Virus record (IMG/VR): IMGVR_UViG_3300045988_175656
Origin: a virus
DNA length: 64,000 nt
Direction: 5' to 3' (one strand)
This document shows positions 29,401-36,926 of the stretch, piece by piece. The position numbers were made by a program, and so were the translations under genes. The first letter of the stretch is position 1. Every line of letters begins with the position of its first letter. The notes under the pieces were generated by a model. The model was not told the origin of the DNA and ran no database searches. It saw only the letters and a list, made by a program, of their open reading frames with translations.

Positions 29401-29454
29401 ATGGTTACAAGATGTAAATTATCATATAAAAATCCAAAACCGATAATTCAATAA
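23470..29454 (+). CDS. Giant (1994 aa) structural protein with an N-terminal CarboxypepD_reg-like beta-sandwich
   Basis: GVIVGRIIANGGFGIPNAKVSVFV...GDYMIFGVPTGQQQIHVDI fits the carboxypeptidase-regulatory-like fold pattern. It also has an internal hydrophobic/Cys-rich segment and a TSGSTTG/PTPTPDPEP linker before the last ~130 aa. Confidence 0.6.
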   Translation: MTQNKSYRIRTKVGEEPGVINVHLDQSYDLFEILSLKLTQEDAYKLYTSSYGVIVGRIIANGGFGIPNAKVSVFVEVSDEDYINNEKNYLYPYFSTSSVNNEGIRYNLLPDEPINDCYQNVGTFPNKRLVLDNDTVLEIYDKYWKYTSVTNEAGDYMIFGVPTGQQQIHVDIDLSDIGALSQRPRDMIYKGYNINQFESPNKFKQSTNLDSLSQIYTQNTGVNVYPFWGDSEESDGNIAITRADVQIEYLFEPTCVFIGSIVTDTGTNAIGKNCTPMTNAGKMDQLSTGEGSIEMIRKTLNGTVEEYQIKGNRVIDGDGVWCYQIPMNLDYVATDEYGNIVPTDDPTKGIPTRTRVRFRVSIDDSPNDATARKRCKILVPNNPRIDENNPIFSQTKEVDYEFGTSTHEESYRDLFWNKVYSVKSYIPRLQNNTSYKNRKHSGIKMVNHYGANNPIPYNNVSIKLGFMFRMICVIAKVIIDLIAFLNNLISILGWLPCELASFKICIFRWCIRPFGWMKKAIPTCVRLTSDFCDDDINRKTYYPGCGKPFGCVWDLTKEKHEEENRKLISEGKEDETTQPDNSRDSLFTCVENELAQDNEVTSFNFANDWVNGVLYAPLWFRKITPKKRFLFGLIKIKAKDQWCSAAKNFGSQRVFQPCSLWMGKDESRGGSYKNNEGKNITPYFDVNNDKNNNCSKNGCHKAITTLNAQKGIIVDKTTMLKQTVYYYAPVYYDSTELRDIELLYATDIILLGSLNDCDLDGIPQFFKYLESSTYNMPSDILFTDTEVQLTEEGTKFTTDTEMTGADWGNYNSKDQCNKTDGGLFYGIGCSSIEVHTKSCVNLQRICELGVSLDETISIKNLASQSEGDSAYSLLVADGFVSKDELAESDARSMFATLNGNNLRTKLDNTNGLIKYDFDYIYPNNFDGSMYQLMKDRQSGCGSNITYRFNFNLEQFSRDYYKFRMGNNPYFYKYEGGSRENPNYVIFPRYENSFYFYFGLNLGKTAIDKFNSQFFSTCSNTYNEPFNVGIITLPSPWCNSTNGTILLNLTDISTPYEIIINGISDGTFSRVYKDITETKIYLGTKPSDYADYHNVTDEDGRNDGLPNGDYEVTITDSDGSIVQKEISLVPQYLIYSIDTINFKIPNNILKQTYGTYNNVRVAKLDGWQGDGKGWRNGQPGENSDSIGGRITIGDVYVKDVQLSPVKSDGTLKDTSLTRGYTIRLTKLVEETTTEYYTDENGQIQSTIKVTTKSVPIQLTEQEILSGILECDEGGQSYQVDVIELCKDGNRYTLESKNIVTNVIHVDEPLPVKMYINDVDYELIQNFKTGWVKNGNKWVQQQSDFYGWDRIGDINNPAYNWSEEILKLPDDEPNKLQTAAKEELIAQVKEAFWITCAESSKNMNVNAQTNDYPVSYGIQYQAETPDPSDDEVHIVDENYSITDAISVSDVKVPTLLPLDADNSGQIVANYGKLNAQKIPYFFVMKDNNGTIIPVGSNVSSPIGNSDTSKWFGVHLINKILSVDMTMWAGVKNPQYFQDLPYGGGSEWEKVIKDGYYNGFFRGIVNNGIVTNTKIQDASFCRTWWQALFQSVTIGYSSPLIETTTFKVDESGNTVPNEDALPTKRRFLGSKNDTSVFGFPCVVPSGYDLTAISVGLIDTELKMEDNSNNCSLTEAIYGAMEVNLTNGFNDSNDGAISSLSVSISNGDTTNPMKYVMITSYNQVYPYPNHEIMSITGKSAIYASGVTQNDIIVQGQTDAIATSSVSEVNEDGDTVAIPTTGYGETGIFENITGTPTVYIVGMTQNNCRVISPVYDFRKVTASITLEMKEEVINVETSGSTTGDTSGSTTGSTTGGTEGIDEGDDPTPTPDPEPSDPGSVKVKKYRFIVTIGTCDQWYIANFDSVVSITCNAVKNQPIGTTMTYNEGNIVGSQFIIEITEEMFDAIMKKNENPLEFLTIPFVPKDPDGLLGATTVDITDKLGMVTRCKLSYKNPKPIIQ

Positions 29455-32264
29455 TGAAAAAGAAAATAAGATTAAATAGTACAAGTTCTGTTAATTCTAC
29501 TAATGTGACTAACTTTGTGGATGTTGAGTTAAAACAATCCACAAAGTTGTTACCACATATGGACACAGTAGATAAAGTAAATTTATATGAAGTTTTTGAA
29601 GAAGAACGAAATAAATCTGACAAATATAGGCTAATTGTCACCATCAATCCAGTATGTACAAATGTATTATTTAATACATTAACTGAAGTTGTTAAATTTG
29701 AGGGAGAAGGTAGTAAAACTGATAAAGTTGTTCTTGTTGAGAATGATACAACTGTTTCAGTACCAGAAGCTATGGGAGATGTTAATCCTGACAGGTATCA
29801 AATGATTAAAAATACTGAATATTCAAATGATAAATGTGGATATGTTTATCATTGTGGATATGATATATTTAATAATCATATATTAAGAAATACAACATTT
29901 AAACAAGTAAACACATTAAGAAACGAAAATAAGAATCAGACAGATTCTAATCAAACAGGTTCTCCTTTATTAAGTAAAATATTCAATACTATTGGTGATG
30001 TGATGCGTTATTCAGATGGTGATATTGTTAAGTATAACAAACGATACAATATATCTTCTGCACCAACAATGAATTTAAATAAACATTTGTATGAATATAG
30101 TGATATATTATCCATAACTGATTCTATTAATCAAAATTTAATTGAAGAAAAGGGATGGTTTGGTTTTACCAATGGGATGAACATCAATTCTAAATTATAC
30201 ACTGGTTCGAATGGAAATATTTGGGGAAAAGAATTGGATGTTAATAAAGTGATTAATAGACAAAAAGCATGTGAGTTTATTGATATGTATCCTGACCGTT
30301 CATTATTTTCATTTAATCCAAAAGTTAATAAAAAAGAAAAACGTTTAGAATATAATTGGAAAATGTGTTTGACATATCCTTATGATATTACTTATAATCA
30401 TTTATTAGTTTATGGAGATGGAATTAATGGCTTAGATTGCTATTCTTGTGTTCGTAGTAGTGGTTTGAGTGGTGATGATGTGTTAGTCTTTAGAACGACT
30501 TGTAAACATGGTTTAAAGGCAACTGATTCTATCATGTTGTATGCAACTACAAGTGATGGTACTACAATTAAGATACCTAATGCTATTACAGTAAAAGATA
30601 CTGGGGATTTGGATAAAAAATATCGAGATAATTACTTTTATGTTTTAAATTATGATATATTGAATCATATTTTTGGTGATGATTGGGAGAATAATTTTGA
30701 CCAAGAAAAATTAAATAATATTAATTTTAGGATAAGACACTTAATTGGCGATTTTGAATCTGAATATTATATTAGATTGTTTAAAAAACTACCTAATTTT
30801 AAATACTCTAAAAAAGAGTTTACAGAGGAAATAGGGTCTAATAGGGCAAATTTTGATAAATTTGTTAAAGAAAATGCAACATATTGTAATAAAGATATAG
30901 TAGGTACTTGTCCTGACGATGACTTGTATATGATAGATTTTAATTATGATTTATATCAGTTAGCATTTGCTTCTACAATATACTCTGATAAATCAAGTCA
31001 AGTAACTTTTACTGATACAATTGATGTGTCTCATATTAAAGATAAGAGTGGAAAACCTATTACAGAACTTTATTTAACAATAGTTAAAAATAATGCAGGA
31101 TGGGATAAGTGGTACTTAGGTGATGCACAAAGAAATGATAGTTCCGTAGAATATTCTCATTGTTTTGGTAAAATAACATCTGGTTTTAATCTTCTTAATA
31201 TTAAGAAAGATAAATCATCAAGTGTTAAAAATAAAAATGATATAAGATTTTCTGATGTACATAAATTACATAATTTAGCATCAAGTTATCCTATTGTTTC
31301 TTCGATACCATTAGAAGAAAACATAACAATTAGTGGTTCTTCAAAATGGTATTCTGGTAATGCTGAACATGATATATTTTGGGGGGATTTAGTTGAATTT
31401 AATAAAAGTCAGGTAAAAGAGATAGTACTTGAAAAAGTTTGCCATAGATTTAATACAATTCAACGAGAATTAGATGAACAATATTTTAAAAATGGTGGAA
31501 ATGCAAACACTTATACTAAATGGAAAACATTTAAATTTGATGAAATAGAAGCTGATGATTATGATAATGCAACTTTTACAATAAAAAATGAAAAGATAAC
31601 TGATTATAATGGTTTACCTGCTAATCAAAGACCTGAAGGGTATTACTATGAAGCGCATTATCCAATTATGGTAAAAGAATTATCTTCACAAATACAACAA
31701 GATGCTTTGATTACTTTTTCAGTAGCAAAAGATGGTGTTAATATTGACAATTATTCTAATAATCCAAATTATGCAAAGATTAAGGTTAATGTAAAACATA
31801 ATCTTGAAGCAGGTGATTATATAAGAGTAACAAATAGTAGCGATAAAAGTTATAGTTTAGGTATAGTAGAAACAGTGTTAAGTAATACAGAATTTTTGAT
31901 TAATTATCCTAAAATATATAGTTTTCAAACATTTAAAGAAAATGTCGAAAGTGGTAAATTATTACTAATTAAAACTAACAGTAATATTCCATCTTATGCA
32001 ACTAATTTAAATGATGGTAGCCAAAGATATTTGTGGAGAGAAGTACAAAGGGTTGGTGATGTTAATAATACTACATTACCAGAATATCCTTTCACAAATG
32101 GGTGTTTTTATATATATGAAAATATCAATTTCTATTTAAGGAGACAAGACCCTCACAATTATAATAATCTATATTATAGTAATTTCCCTAATGATGTGGC
32201 AGGTAAAGCCGAAAACGGAAATGATAATTATGAGTATATTAATGAAGATGAAGCTTTATGTTAA
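29454..32264 (+). CDS. Structural-module hypothetical protein (936 aa)
   Basis: A long ORF translationally coupled to the upstream gene (TAATG overlap). I recognised no motif. Confidence 0.6.
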   Translation: MKKKIRLNSTSSVNSTNVTNFVDVELKQSTKLLPHMDTVDKVNLYEVFEEERNKSDKYRLIVTINPVCTNVLFNTLTEVVKFEGEGSKTDKVVLVENDTTVSVPEAMGDVNPDRYQMIKNTEYSNDKCGYVYHCGYDIFNNHILRNTTFKQVNTLRNENKNQTDSNQTGSPLLSKIFNTIGDVMRYSDGDIVKYNKRYNISSAPTMNLNKHLYEYSDILSITDSINQNLIEEKGWFGFTNGMNINSKLYTGSNGNIWGKELDVNKVINRQKACEFIDMYPDRSLFSFNPKVNKKEKRLEYNWKMCLTYPYDITYNHLLVYGDGINGLDCYSCVRSSGLSGDDVLVFRTTCKHGLKATDSIMLYATTSDGTTIKIPNAITVKDTGDLDKKYRDNYFYVLNYDILNHIFGDDWENNFDQEKLNNINFRIRHLIGDFESEYYIRLFKKLPNFKYSKKEFTEEIGSNRANFDKFVKENATYCNKDIVGTCPDDDLYMIDFNYDLYQLAFASTIYSDKSSQVTFTDTIDVSHIKDKSGKPITELYLTIVKNNAGWDKWYLGDAQRNDSSVEYSHCFGKITSGFNLLNIKKDKSSSVKNKNDIRFSDVHKLHNLASSYPIVSSIPLEENITISGSSKWYSGNAEHDIFWGDLVEFNKSQVKEIVLEKVCHRFNTIQRELDEQYFKNGGNANTYTKWKTFKFDEIEADDYDNATFTIKNEKITDYNGLPANQRPEGYYYEAHYPIMVKELSSQIQQDALITFSVAKDGVNIDNYSNNPNYAKIKVNVKHNLEAGDYIRVTNSSDKSYSLGIVETVLSNTEFLINYPKIYSFQTFKENVESGKLLLIKTNSNIPSYATNLNDGSQRYLWREVQRVGDVNNTTLPEYPFTNGCFYIYENINFYLRRQDPHNYNNLYYSNFPNDVAGKAENGNDNYEYINEDEALC

Positions 32265-34075
32265 AATATAAAATATTAAACAACAATAATACTACTGAAT
32301 TGGTCAGTATAGATTATGATAGTTATAAAATTGGTGATAATAAAGATACAATAACTTTTAATTTATCAAAAAGTGGTACAGTTCGTAATAATGATACTAT
32401 TGTTATGAACAGTACTGTTGTTATTGACAATATAGCCAACAATGTAACAAATAATGTTAATTTTGAATTAATTACAGAAGCAATTGTGACTGATGATAGT
32501 GAAGTTACGCTTAATATACCAATAACATTTCAGTTAACTCCTGATAAAGTATCATTATATGAGGATAATAGTTCAGGAGTATATGTTCAATATTACATAT
32601 TAGAGTTTGCGACTCCACATTTTTTTGCTAGTGATGCTAAAAATTCAGATAGAATTATTTATATATCAAACTATATTATAACAAATAGTAATGGTGAACC
32701 TATTAAGAACAAAATATATTTTGAATATAGTTCAGTTAATTCAATTTATATACCAACAAATATAAGTCAAATAAGTTATACAAATGATAAGGGTGATAAT
32801 TTAACTCTTCAAGTTGATAATAAAGAATTTTTTGATAATTACAACACAATTTTCATAAACGAATTTAAAACATTTGATTATGAAAGGAATGATTTTAGGT
32901 TCATTAATCCACAAATATTAACTATTAGTAAAAGAAATAGTATTTTTAACATTCCATTAACTATTGAAAATAATTTTGAGACTGATTTGTTTAAAGAAGA
33001 TTTATTAACAACAAATTTTGTAGAAAAAGAAAAGGAAAAAGCGATTAATAGAATTGTTAATATGGAAAAACAAGTTTATTACCCTGTTTATATTAAAGAT
33101 GATGGAAGCAAAGATTTTATAGAAAAAATAGTTTTCAATCTACATTTTCGAGAACGTTCGGGTGATAATTGGCTTGTGGAAAATGATAAGTTTTGGAATG
33201 GAACAAATTATGACACCAACCCACCATCTGCCCCTAAATGTACTTCAAGTACAGGTAATACAACATTTTCAGTTCCAAGTAATCAATCAGACTTATTATA
33301 TTACTTAGGATTCACTAATAATGATGTAAGGTATCAAAAAAACAGACTTAAAAAATCATTTTTAAGATTATTGTTTTATGATTCAACAAATCAAACAAAT
33401 CAAAACTTATTATATACTTCAACTATTTTTATGGATAGTGGGACATTGTTTGGTAAATATTGCAGATATATTGAGGATGAACCTTATCTACATAACAAAG
33501 ATGGTGTAATAGAAGAAAGTGTTGGAATTAAGGTGGATAGAGAACCATCTTGTGAATTATTAAAAAAATATGACACAACTATAACAAATTGTTGTAGTGA
33601 AAAAGCTGATAATGTAAGAGATGAATTAAGATTAAGCACTCAATTAGTTGTTGAAGATAAGTTTAATAATCAAGCATCAAGTGAAGGGTTTTATCTTTAT
33701 TTATTTGCAGAAGATGACCCAAAATTAGTTGGAAAAAATATTTATATGAAAGTTGAGTTTAACCATGCTGGGTATGGTAGAACATTACCATTTATGTGCC
33801 CAACTAACGATGTAAATGGTTGTCCTTTATCATATCAAGACATAATAAACGAATGGTATAAATATAAAAACTCTGATGGGGAAGTAGTTGGTTTTCCTGT
33901 TAAAAAGTATTATTCCTATACTTACATAAAATTAGAGTGCATTTATGATAAAACATTAAAAAGACATGTTTATTATTTTGCCAATCAGTGTAGTAGTACT
34001 GGAACAGAAGTTAAAAATGTTGATGAAGAAGATAGAAAAATGATAATAAATCTTTATGAAGCTAAAGTAGGATGA
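32258..34075 (+). CDS. Structural-module hypothetical protein (605 aa)
   Basis: A long ORF with a 7-nt overlap on the upstream gene. Confidence 0.6.
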   Translation: MLKYKILNNNNTTELVSIDYDSYKIGDNKDTITFNLSKSGTVRNNDTIVMNSTVVIDNIANNVTNNVNFELITEAIVTDDSEVTLNIPITFQLTPDKVSLYEDNSSGVYVQYYILEFATPHFFASDAKNSDRIIYISNYIITNSNGEPIKNKIYFEYSSVNSIYIPTNISQISYTNDKGDNLTLQVDNKEFFDNYNTIFINEFKTFDYERNDFRFINPQILTISKRNSIFNIPLTIENNFETDLFKEDLLTTNFVEKEKEKAINRIVNMEKQVYYPVYIKDDGSKDFIEKIVFNLHFRERSGDNWLVENDKFWNGTNYDTNPPSAPKCTSSTGNTTFSVPSNQSDLLYYLGFTNNDVRYQKNRLKKSFLRLLFYDSTNQTNQNLLYTSTIFMDSGTLFGKYCRYIEDEPYLHNKDGVIEESVGIKVDREPSCELLKKYDTTITNCCSEKADNVRDELRLSTQLVVEDKFNNQASSEGFYLYLFAEDDPKLVGKNIYMKVEFNHAGYGRTLPFMCPTNDVNGCPLSYQDIINEWYKYKNSDGEVVGFPVKKYYSYTYIKLECIYDKTLKRHVYYFANQCSSTGTEVKNVDEEDRKMIINLYEAKVG

Positions 34076-35982
34076 TAATTAAAAAGAAAATGTCAATGGA
34101 GAATCTTGTTTCTAGAATACCAGGGCTATTCCCTTATATTCTAGAAGATTCTTATGGTATAATTAAATTACATAAGGCAATTGATGGAGACAATGGATGT
34201 TATGGAATGGTTATACCTGATTTAAAGGTTAATTTTACTATGACAAACCCAGATAATGATAATATTGTAGTGTTTGAGAGTGGTAAATTTTATAGTTATA
34301 GAACTTTAATGAACAATTATTATCGTTTAAAAAAATTAAATCGTACTTTAACAGCATCAGAAAGTACATTTATTGCTTTTATTGAGGAAGGAATGGGTAT
34401 ATTCTCTGTACCTTCTTCAATAAAAGGTAAATTAGTTCCATCTTTTATGTTTTTAACAGAAATGCAAGAATGGTGGGAATGGTTTCAAATAATGAAGCCA
34501 CGTTGTGATTGTTCAAAAGCACCATCTAACATTAATGATAATGATTGTTGTGCTTGTGCAGAATATTGTGACAAAGGTGGAGATGATATGTATAATTTTT
34601 TACAAAGTAATGTTAATAAAATTGACACAATTGCTAATAAGTATTATAATTATGCACTAAATAATAGTGGTAATTTTGGTGGTAGTATTAATATGAGTCT
34701 TTTATTGACTCAAAATATTGATGATATGGGTTTAGGGTTAATATATTCATCAGAATGGGTTCCAGGAAAGAAATATCATGTTGGAGATATTGTTTTATAT
34801 AACGAAGAATCTTGGATATTGTATGAGGGTTCTGGTGGCACTAATTTTACTATTTGTCAAATGAATGATAACAATAGGTTTGATGAAGGTTTTGATTATT
34901 ATGGTAATTATAATGGAAAAACTGATGAAATTGAGTTTGATAGTGCTGAAAATGCTCATTGGAGAAGAAATGTCACAAATGACATATCATATCTTACAGA
35001 AAATTGCAAATATAAATTTTATAAATCAAATACAGGCACAAATATTGACTTATTACCAATAAATTCTTATTATGTAAAAGATAACGATTCATATGATAAA
35101 TTGCTTGCATCAACTATTGATAATGTAAGCATTACAGGTGCAACTAATTCAAAATTAACATCATTAAGACGTATTAAACGTTTAGTTGATGAAACTGGTC
35201 AAGAAAGTGTACCAAATAGTGAATCTAATGTAGATTGGTGCTGTTTATATGAAAAAGGGATTGTTCTAAATGTACAAACATGGGTAGATGATAATGGAAA
35301 CATTGTATATTATGATGATTGGGAAGATATGACAGTACACAATATACAATCTCCTGGTAATACAGTAAATACAGTAATATACAGCAATAGTTTAATTGCA
35401 TTTGGTGATATTTTAGAAGATATAAAATTAGGCGATAATAATACAATAATTTTTAGCTATTGTATTGGTGCTCATTTGATTGGAAACGATATAAACACAT
35501 TAACATCTACAACAGAGCCAACTCAATATCGTTTTAGTAATTTTACAATTGATTCTAATCATAAAGGCATTCAATATGTTGAAACATATTATTATGACCC
35601 TGATACATTTGATTATGATGTAACAAAAAGCCCATCAGAAAATTTAAATGATGATGGGGCACAAAAGAAAGGTGAATTTTATACAGTAGGTTCTAAGTCA
35701 TTAATTAAAAGTGAATTAGGAAATAGTGGAAAGATTTTGAATAACATTTTAACAGATTTTACCACTAAAAGAACAGAACCAGACTATATATATTCAAAGG
35801 AATATCGAACAGATGATTTGATTGGAGTTACTTTTGACCCTATTGTTGATGTAAATGTTGTTGTAGATAGAGGTATAAATGCAGCATTTGAGAGACATTT
35901 GAAATTGGGAGAGGTAAAAACCTTGGATGACCTTGTTAATTATGGGAATAATTTCTTCAATGTGAAGAATGTTAATGAATAA
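34072..35982 (+). CDS. Structural-module hypothetical protein (636 aa)
   Basis: A long ORF with an ATGA overlap on the upstream gene. Confidence 0.6.
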   Translation: MIIKKKMSMENLVSRIPGLFPYILEDSYGIIKLHKAIDGDNGCYGMVIPDLKVNFTMTNPDNDNIVVFESGKFYSYRTLMNNYYRLKKLNRTLTASESTFIAFIEEGMGIFSVPSSIKGKLVPSFMFLTEMQEWWEWFQIMKPRCDCSKAPSNINDNDCCACAEYCDKGGDDMYNFLQSNVNKIDTIANKYYNYALNNSGNFGGSINMSLLLTQNIDDMGLGLIYSSEWVPGKKYHVGDIVLYNEESWILYEGSGGTNFTICQMNDNNRFDEGFDYYGNYNGKTDEIEFDSAENAHWRRNVTNDISYLTENCKYKFYKSNTGTNIDLLPINSYYVKDNDSYDKLLASTIDNVSITGATNSKLTSLRRIKRLVDETGQESVPNSESNVDWCCLYEKGIVLNVQTWVDDNGNIVYYDDWEDMTVHNIQSPGNTVNTVIYSNSLIAFGDILEDIKLGDNNTIIFSYCIGAHLIGNDINTLTSTTEPTQYRFSNFTIDSNHKGIQYVETYYYDPDTFDYDVTKSPSENLNDDGAQKKGEFYTVGSKSLIKSELGNSGKILNNILTDFTTKRTEPDYIYSKEYRTDDLIGVTFDPIVDVNVVVDRGINAAFERHLKLGEVKTLDDLVNYGNNFFNVKNVNE

Positions 35983-36003
35983 AATATTAATTATAAAAAT
36001 AAT

Positions 36004-36909
36004 ATGTCAAATGGTACATATGGAACTATAAAGCCAAGTTTAATAAATCCACAAATGGATGTTGAGATTTGGTATCATTATAGACCGACAAGAAACAGTG
36101 AAGATGAAAGTTTTAAAAATTTTAAAAAAATTGATAATGTTAGTGAAATGTTTAGCAATTCCACTTGTGATACAACATTAAAAGATACTACATTACCAGG
36201 GATGTATAATTTAAAACTTCCACTAACATATTTTAATAAAAAAGGAATATATACTGTATATATTAAACCTAAAGAAATAGAGTGTACCATTAAGGATATT
36301 GGTGCTTTATCTGCATATCCTGATGTGAGAGGTGTGGTTCTTGATATGAATGATGTTGATACTGAAAATTCAAGTTTATTTGAAAATGGTCAATTGGTTG
36401 GATATAGAATTGATTATATTGATAATGGTTTAAGACAAAATTATTATAGAATTATAACGTCTAATAATAAATGTGAACCAATAGCACAAAATTTGACATC
36501 ATCTAATACCAATTCTAATGGTTACAGGTTTAATGATAGTTCAACATTAACATTTTTAACTGTAACACCATCTACAAGTCCAACATATAAAGCAAATGCA
36601 CAACCGTTTATTGGTAGAGTGGGACAAACTATTTTCATTACAAACACTAAATTCAATCCTGTTTCAGTTGAAATTGAACTAGTTGAACATGACATTGAAA
36701 CATTGACAAATGTTGTTGAAGGAAATCAAGTTCGTTCATTAGATAGAGGTTTGGTTACAACATATAACCAAGACGGAGAAATTTACATACAACAAGAGTT
36801 CTTTACCCTTAAAGATTCATATACTAAAAGTGATGTATATGAAGTTAGAAAGAAAAAGACAGATAATATTGATTTTACGCAAGATTATGAAAGCATAATG
36901 AATAATTAA
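36004..36909 (+). CDS. Structural-module hypothetical protein (301 aa)
   Basis: An ORF in the late operon. I recognised no motif. Confidence 0.55.
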   Translation: MSNGTYGTIKPSLINPQMDVEIWYHYRPTRNSEDESFKNFKKIDNVSEMFSNSTCDTTLKDTTLPGMYNLKLPLTYFNKKGIYTVYIKPKEIECTIKDIGALSAYPDVRGVVLDMNDVDTENSSLFENGQLVGYRIDYIDNGLRQNYYRIITSNNKCEPIAQNLTSSNTNSNGYRFNDSSTLTFLTVTPSTSPTYKANAQPFIGRVGQTIFITNTKFNPVSVEIELVEHDIETLTNVVEGNQVRSLDRGLVTTYNQDGEIYIQQEFFTLKDSYTKSDVYEVRKKKTDNIDFTQDYESIMNN

Positions 36910-36926
36910 TTTGGACAATATAACAT

